Of a DNA stretch of 32,000 nucleotides, positions 26,359-32,000 are shown piece after piece. Position numbers and translations under genes: made by a program. This stretch comes from Halalkalibacterium halodurans. Its GTDB lineage: Bacteria > Bacillota > Bacilli > Bacillales > Bacillaceae_D. Each line of letters begins with the position of its first letter. The stretch's first letter is position 1. The DNA lies in contig NZ_SNUY01000046.1 in the NCBI RefSeq assembly GCF_004376175.1, positions 1,344 to 33,343 on the forward strand, given 5' to 3'. The notes under the pieces are model-generated. The model was not told where the DNA came from. It did not search any database and was given only the letters and a program-made list of their open reading frames with translations.

Positions 26359-28245
26359 TTATTCCTCTTTTAGTTCAAAACGGGTTGCACCTTTAATCAC
26401 CTTCGTCTGACGGTGACCGTAAATTTTCATTAAAAGGGTACCATTCGCTTCTGTATCGGATAAGGAAAACGTGGATTCATATGGTAAGTAGCGATGCCCT
26501 GCTATTCTTAAAAGATGAGGCCCGTTTTTTTCTACCACTGATCCATCTCGATCCACATAAACAAACTGTTGTTCAAAATCATAAGGAAACACCTCTTGAC
26601 CTTGCCCCGTCTCAAGGACGAAATGAAGGGCGTCATAAGGCCGGTCCGCGGAACGATCCTCCCTCATACGAAAGGTCCATTCGCCATTTTTTCGCTCGCG
26701 AATAAACGTTATCGGTGAACCGAGATAGTAAACGGTGGCGTAATTCTGGCCGTTAAAATCGAGCGGAATCTCTTGATAATATTCCACATTCTCAACGACG
26801 GTCGGGTCGATCAGTTCAACAGATGTCACATCGACAGGCTCCATCGGTTGAAAAGCGACTTTAAACTGCGTTTCCTCCCCCTCGGTATTCATATGAAACG
26901 AAAGGCTGTTCTGATTACGAACACGGTATTTATCGTTGATCATAAGCTCATGCAAGGAATAACTAATCTCGTATCCGAACCGATATTCAGGATCACGAAC
27001 CGCGAAATCAGCGATCGTGGCTGTCGGTGCGAAGGTTAACGATTTTAACGTTAATTCCCATCCATCTAGAGTTGATGTCTCATTCACATCGACGACCGTA
27101 ACAGGTTCACGCTCCACCTCGACACTAACCGACCATTCCCCAACTTGCTCAACTGGATTCTCCTCTTTTAGCTGGACAGGATACAGGCGCTGGAGCTCTA
27201 CATGAATCATACCTTTCTTTTCAGGAATCGGTGGTAAAATAATAATTCCTGTGCTTACATTCTCATCAAATGTCAATGGTTCAATCCGCATGCTATCCCC
27301 TCTTTTAATAAGAGGCTTCAGCTGCCCACTTTCACTTTCAAACATCACCTGTCGTCCATATTCTGGGAACAACGTTGTGTTTCCCTTCACGTTTTTCACT
27401 TCGTAATAGAGATACGTTTGCATTTCATCTGCCACAACATCGGTGATGGCAAAGCGCACCCCGCTGTCCTCCGCGGTCACATACATGGCATACCCCTTGA
27501 ACATAGACCACCATTGATGAAGCCGCTCACTACCCGCAGGGGTCATCGATAAACCGACACCGAGGAGGAGAACCGCCGCTAAACCACCCACTAACGTCAG
27601 TCGCCTTTTTCGAGCCCGTTGTTTTTTTCTCATGTACCAATCGATCCATTGCTCAAGCTCTTCAAAAAATTGATCAGATGGCTGCCGCGTACTGACATCT
27701 CGTTGAAAGCTTTCAATTGCCTGTTTAAATGCTCGTTCCTTTTCACGACACGACCCGCATGAAGCTAAGTGCTCTTTGACCTTGTGTTTTTCAAGGAAAT
27801 TTAAGTGTCCATCCATATATTCGAACATAATCCGGCCCGAAAGCGAACACGAATCATGTTCCTTCCCTGACCGAGCGCCTAACGTCACAAGACCTGCGAA
27901 CTTTTCGTTTAGCACTCGTTCATGTTTAACATTCACCATTCGACTAATCGTCTCTACGGGCAGCTTTGCGATATAGGAAAGAACGATGACATCTTTCGTA
28001 AGCCCTTTTAATTCGGCTTCCATCCTCCCTTTCTTTTTCCGATGAACATGCCGATAAATGGCCTTAACAAGCTGCTCATGGGAAAACGGTTGTGACGAAT
28101 GGCGATCTAATTCAATTAGTATTTTTGCAAATAATAAGGGAATCTCTTTTTCTTCTACATAAAAAGAAGCGATCTGGTAATAGGGCGTGCCATGCTGTTT
28201 CAGCCACGTCAGAAGGTCATGACCTCTTTTCTCTTGTCTTTCCAT
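26359..28245 (-). CDS. Membrane-anchored anti-sigma-type protein with a fused N-terminal sigma-70 region-4-like domain and a large extracytoplasmic domain
   Basis: 628 aa. Residues about 80-120 look like a sigma region-4 HTH (LTKDVIVLSYIAKLPVETISRMVNVKHERVLNEKFAGL). A ZAS-type motif C-x25-H-x3-C-x2-C follows (DSC...EHLASCGSC), then one TM helix (LTLVGGLAAVLLLGVGLSM) and about 390 aa outside. AAGGGGG SD. Confidence 0.65.
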   Translation of the reverse strand: MERQEKRGHDLLTWLKQHGTPYYQIASFYVEEKEIPLLFAKILIELDRHSSQPFSHEQLVKAIYRHVHRKKKGRMEAELKGLTKDVIVLSYIAKLPVETISRMVNVKHERVLNEKFAGLVTLGARSGKEHDSCSLSGRIMFEYMDGHLNFLEKHKVKEHLASCGSCREKERAFKQAIESFQRDVSTRQPSDQFFEELEQWIDWYMRKKQRARKRRLTLVGGLAAVLLLGVGLSMTPAGSERLHQWWSMFKGYAMYVTAEDSGVRFAITDVVADEMQTYLYYEVKNVKGNTTLFPEYGRQVMFESESGQLKPLIKRGDSMRIEPLTFDENVSTGIIILPPIPEKKGMIHVELQRLYPVQLKEENPVEQVGEWSVSVEVEREPVTVVDVNETSTLDGWELTLKSLTFAPTATIADFAVRDPEYRFGYEISYSLHELMINDKYRVRNQNSLSFHMNTEGEETQFKVAFQPMEPVDVTSVELIDPTVVENVEYYQEIPLDFNGQNYATVYYLGSPITFIRERKNGEWTFRMREDRSADRPYDALHFVLETGQGQEVFPYDFEQQFVYVDRDGSVVEKNGPHLLRIAGHRYLPYESTFSLSDTEANGTLLMKIYGHRQTKVIKGATRFELKEE

Positions 28246-28366
28246 TTGTCGCCCCCTTTTCTCTCCATACTACTTCCTCTCTCCTCCACCATTATACTAC
28301 AGAATCCCACCAAAAAATCATTGATCGAACGGCACATATTTGCTTAATCTAAATATATGAACTTGA

Positions 28367-28789
<423 letters not shown>

Positions 28790-28905
28790 CGTTATTACTA
28801 TTAAGTTACTCGGCATCATTTATCACCTTAAGGATATCACGGCTCAAATCATTAGGATAAAAAATAACATATAAGCTTCCACTAAAAAGATCAATTTTAT
28901 TGAGC

Positions 28906-29046
28906 ATGAATCATTATTATAAGCCAATTGGCAAAAGAGAAAGGCCTGGTCATCCACACATTAAGGTATTCCGGGAAAGAAGGTCTTTTACCGAATATTC
29001 AGTACGAATACTGTCAAGGTATCTTTTTTGTGTATACGCATAATTA
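28906..29046 (+). pseudogene. MerR-family regulator remnant (frameshifted and truncated)
   Basis: The ATG at 28906 gives MNHYYK. The +1 frame then reads SQLAKEKGLVIHTLRYSGKEGLLPN, a MerR N-terminal HTH signature, and degenerates to a stop at 29044-29046. No effector domain is present. Confidence 0.6.
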
Positions 29047-29047
29047 G

Positions 29048-29311
29048 ACGGACGTTTCTGGTGGACAAAAACAGCGTGTCGCCATTGGTAGAGCATTAAT
29101 TAATGAACCAAGGTTAATTTTGGCAGATGAACCGACAGGAGCATTGGACCAAAAGACATCAAAAGAAATTATGGAAATATTAAACAAACTACACAAGGAA
29201 GGAAAAACAGTGATCATTGTTACTCATGATCCTTTTGTTGCGGATTATTGTGATAGAATCATCCAGTTGGAGGACGGAAAGGTCGTGTCAGATACGTCTA
29301 AAGCAGTATAA
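29048..29311 (+). pseudogene. 5'-truncated ABC transporter ATP-binding gene (C-terminal third only)
   Basis: The frame reads TDVSGGQKQRVAIGRALINEPRLILADEPTGALDQKTSKEIMEILNKLHKEGKTVIIVTHDP..., covering signature, Walker B and H-loop. Walker A and the Q-loop are missing, and it begins directly after the MerR remnant. Confidence 0.75.
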
Positions 29312-29754
29312 ATTGAGAGTATAGATTCTTTTGTGCAAATGAGAATTGCTCCAAATAAACGAAGAAGGCTTTACGTGGAGATGTGGGCATGCTAGACTTA
29401 GCAGACCGTTATGTCGCTAGTAATCATGCCCCCCAAGGCTCCATGTCAAGCAGAAAACCAATCCGTACTAGACCGAAAGCCCCCACGTAAGCCGATCTTC
29501 AAAATAAATGGCTAGCTATAACATCATTCTGGCCAATCTCTTATCAGCATCGGTCAATTTTTAATTTTTCCGTCGTAGCTAAATAAATAATCTTTTAATT
29601 CCTCATCTATCGGATAGGCTATTTTTGCTAAGCTGTCTATGATAACCGTTTTAGATCCTTCTTCTGCATCGCAGGTGGGTAAGTAAAAATAATCGGGTGT
29701 TTCTGCAACTGTTGTCAACAATCCGTTAAGTTGAGCCTAATAAGATAATAGCTC

Positions 29755-30648
29755 TTATTTCTCACCGCTTCGTTTTTTTACAGGGATGTAGATGTCCATC
29801 TCTATGTTCTCTGTTCCATGGCACCTTTCGTCATACAGCTCGAATTCCACTACTCCATTGTGTTCATAATCCGATTGTGGAAACCATTCTGTAAAAATAT
29901 AATTCCATGTGGACTGAATGGAAGAAGTAAACGATTCCTCATTTGCCTTCGGTGTAGTGAACACTGCATACTCCAGTTCGGGAAAACTTTTATACACCAT
30001 CCCTTCAGGTGTTTTTGTTCCCTTCTCTACTTCCATTCCGATTACATACACGAACTCACCTGTCCCAGGATTAAACTCCGTGCAAATGCCGAGTTCCACA
30101 TGTTTGTGTAGCGGATTCGGAATAGTGCAGCCTAATTTATTTTTCAAATAATGCTGCCAAAATTCAGGAATGTCTTTATTGTTTTGACCGTCTGCATTTT
30201 TCGTTTTAAGTTCGTATCCAATGATGTGAAAAGCAGGTTTCGTGACAAATTTCGGTTCCATCTTATGACCTCCTAGCCAAAGTTTTTTACCGAGACAGGC
30301 TTTTCCACGAAGGGGGCTGGATATTCTTTTTGCGTTTCGGTATTGTCTCGGTGAAACGCCATAGATCTTCTTGAACGCCCGATTAAACGACTCTTGGTAT
30401 TGAAACCCAACCTCAATTGCAATCGTTATCACCTTTTCATCTGTATAGAATAAGCGTTCTGCTGCACAAATCAGCCTTCGCTTTCTAATATAATCCATCA
30501 CAGATTCTCCCACTATTGCCTGGAAGACACGATGATAATGAAACGGTGAAAAGCAAGCGATCTTTGCTAATTGCTCCAGAGTCATTTGTTCCTGAAGGTT
30601 TTCTTCAATGTAATCAAGCGTTCGTTGGATACAAACCACATAATCCAT
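29755..30648 (-). CDS. AraC-family transcriptional regulator with a GyrI-like effector domain
   Basis: 297 aa with an N-terminal double HTH (LEQLAKIACFSPFHYHRVFQAI...; ITIAIEVGFQYQESFNRAFKKIYGVSPRQYR) and a C-terminal GyrI-like fold. Confidence 0.88.
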   Translation of the reverse strand: MDYVVCIQRTLDYIEENLQEQMTLEQLAKIACFSPFHYHRVFQAIVGESVMDYIRKRRLICAAERLFYTDEKVITIAIEVGFQYQESFNRAFKKIYGVSPRQYRNAKRISSPLRGKACLGKKLWLGGHKMEPKFVTKPAFHIIGYELKTKNADGQNNKDIPEFWQHYLKNKLGCTIPNPLHKHVELGICTEFNPGTGEFVYVIGMEVEKGTKTPEGMVYKSFPELEYAVFTTPKANEESFTSSIQSTWNYIFTEWFPQSDYEHNGVVEFELYDERCHGTENIEMDIYIPVKKRSGEK

Positions 30649-30807
30649 TCCCCTTCACCTACCCTACATCCACTATAACAGCAAACAAACATTCGGTCTT
30701 AACCATTTTTGCTCTATTTTTTCTAAAGCAAAATAGTTATTCTGATCGTTTAAGTGCAAACTAAAACCCCTCATGAGGAAAATGTTGCTCCTTCAGGAGG
30801 GGTATGG

Positions 30808-30853
30808 ACAAAAAATAAAGCATAAGTTAACCTCAACGGCAACTTATGCTTTA
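30808..30853 (-). terminator. Orphan rho-independent terminator (no intact gene upstream)
   Basis: A perfect 13-bp stem TAAAGCATAAGTT/AACTTATGCTTTA (30816-30853) with a 12-nt loop, followed on the minus strand by TTTTTTGT. Confidence 0.6.
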
Positions 30854-31023
30854 TAGTATGTTCCGTACCATTGTTGAATTCGATGGAGACGGTGGGAATC
30901 TTGTCACTACATTTTATCTAGACTAACTTTTTAGCGAATATCCTAATTTATAGGCGTTTTTGCAAATCTCCTATAAAGAAAGTTAGTGAATATTTTAAGC
31001 AGTTTGTTACCAAAAACGTTACC

Positions 31024-31050
31024 ACAAAAGAGCAGCGGTGTGCTGCTCCT
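31024..31050 (-). terminator. Terminator of the lipoprotein gene
   Basis: The minus-strand RNA reads GAGCAGC-acacc-GCTGCTC followed by TTTTG, 3 nt after the stop at 31053. Confidence 0.6.
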
Positions 31051-31052
31051 CT

Positions 31053-31658
31053 TTATTCAACCTCAGTAAATTTAATTCTTGTACTTAAATCCAATATATC
31101 ACCTTCATTAGCATAAAATACAAATTCCTTTTCTCGATGGCGTCCTTCTCCTAATATCGTATTTACTTTAACAGACCCATCCGATGAATAAACAACAAAG
31201 TTACCACTTCCTCCGTCGGCTTCTGCCACATATCTTGCAGGTTGAATATCGGAGCCGACTACAAAATGTCCAGCCGCAAGAGAGATAGGTTCACTCTCTT
31301 TTTTCTTAAGTTCGCCAGTAAGAGAAGCGATTTCCTCTTCTAAAGAGGACACTTCTGCTTTAAGCTCTTCTACCTGTGACTTTTGCTCCTTTATTTCCTC
31401 TTCGACTTCTTCTCGCCTTTCGTAAATATCTAAAGCCTCATCGATCGCTTCTCTCTTGCTCTCGATTGTTTCTTCTAACTCTTCATACTCAATCCAAGCT
31501 TCGTTTTTAGCTTCTACAATTTCCTCAAGCTCGCTTTCTTTTTTTGCAATTTCTTCAACCAATTGATCGTACGTGACTTTCTCACCTTGAATATCAACTT
31601 TTTCTCCACAACCTACTAACAAAACAATAAGCGCAATTAAGCTAAAAAACTTTTTCAA
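31053..31658 (-). CDS. Lipoprotein with a long acidic coiled-coil and a C-terminal beta-rich domain, function unknown
   Basis: Signal peptide plus lipobox (LLVGCGE), an E/K-rich heptad-like stretch of about 90 aa, then a roughly 80-aa C-terminal domain. Confidence 0.75.
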   Translation of the reverse strand: MKKFFSLIALIVLLVGCGEKVDIQGEKVTYDQLVEEIAKKESELEEIVEAKNEAWIEYEELEETIESKREAIDEALDIYERREEVEEEIKEQKSQVEELKAEVSSLEEEIASLTGELKKKESEPISLAAGHFVVGSDIQPARYVAEADGGSGNFVVYSSDGSVKVNTILGEGRHREKEFVFYANEGDILDLSTRIKFTEVE

Positions 31659-32000
31659 TTTTATTCCCCCTAGTAATAAATAACTATATGCCCATGATAC
31701 ACCAAAGTGTTCATTGATAGTAACCGTAAAACAAAAAATCCCTCACAAGCGCGAGAGATTTTTACTTATTTTTTTAGATTTCAACTTTATAAACGTTACC
31801 AAATATGGTAGCTTAGTAATTGACTATTAAGGGAGGGGATAAAAATGGAAGAAAGAAAGAAGTTTTACGAGAAATGTATTTTGCAATAGAAAAGTGCAGA
31901 GAAATGCAATGAAAAATGCAGAGGTTTGCCACCCATTTAATTCCTTTTCGACAATGCGTGGGACAGTCTATAGCTCTCGCCATGAAAAGAGATGATATGG

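Noticed and set aside
29561-29737. A minus-strand open frame (...AQLNGLLTTVAETPDYFYLPTCDAEEGSKTVIIDSLAKIAYPIDEELKDYLFSYDGKIKN) just downstream of the AraC gene.
   Set aside because: It has no ATG or SD, is under 60 codons and belongs to no family I can name. It is probably the C-terminal relic of a lost gene.
31845-31889. A 14-codon ORF MEERKKFYEKCILQ with a strong GGGAGGGG SD. An in-frame TAG is followed by more EKC-type codons.
   Set aside because: It is too short and interrupted to call. It may be a decayed small Cys-rich gene or a leader peptide, and the window ends before the context is clear.

Overview
This is a Bacillaceae chromosomal segment with moderate GC. Several acidic exported proteins hint at a halotolerant Bacillus or Halobacillus-like host, but that is inference. 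From memory, the gene order matches the Bacillus subtilis yurU-yusU region, almost all on the minus strand: sufCDSUB, a yurZ-like CMD-family gene, metNPQ behind a SAM-I (S-box) riboswitch, an MFS transporter, a yusG-like gene, gcvH, yusI and fadN-fadA-fadE with a FadR-type operator. These are followed by two CotF-like spore coat genes, a yusU-like gene, a GntR(YtrA-type)/ABC module, a large sigma-like/anti-sigma membrane protein and yjbQ. The right end holds a decayed patch (MerR and ABC gene fragments), an AraC/GyrI regulator and a coiled-coil lipoprotein. Accessory DNA interrupts this backbone. An IS630-family element with 16-bp terminal inverted repeats sits just upstream of the suf promoter. 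An agr-like cassette lies between the yurZ-like gene and metQ. The cassette is the most interesting content. It encodes a sensor-less soluble histidine kinase, a 7-TM AgrC-like protein whose ATPase motifs are degenerate, an intact-looking AgrB, and an unannotated 40-aa AgrD-like propeptide (6978-7100) with Ser instead of Cys. There is no AgrA. An IS110-family element lies between agrB and agrD, and its roughly 300-nt 3' non-coding region carries repeated motifs, making it a candidate seek/bridge RNA. I saw no rRNA genes, intact tRNA genes or CRISPR arrays.
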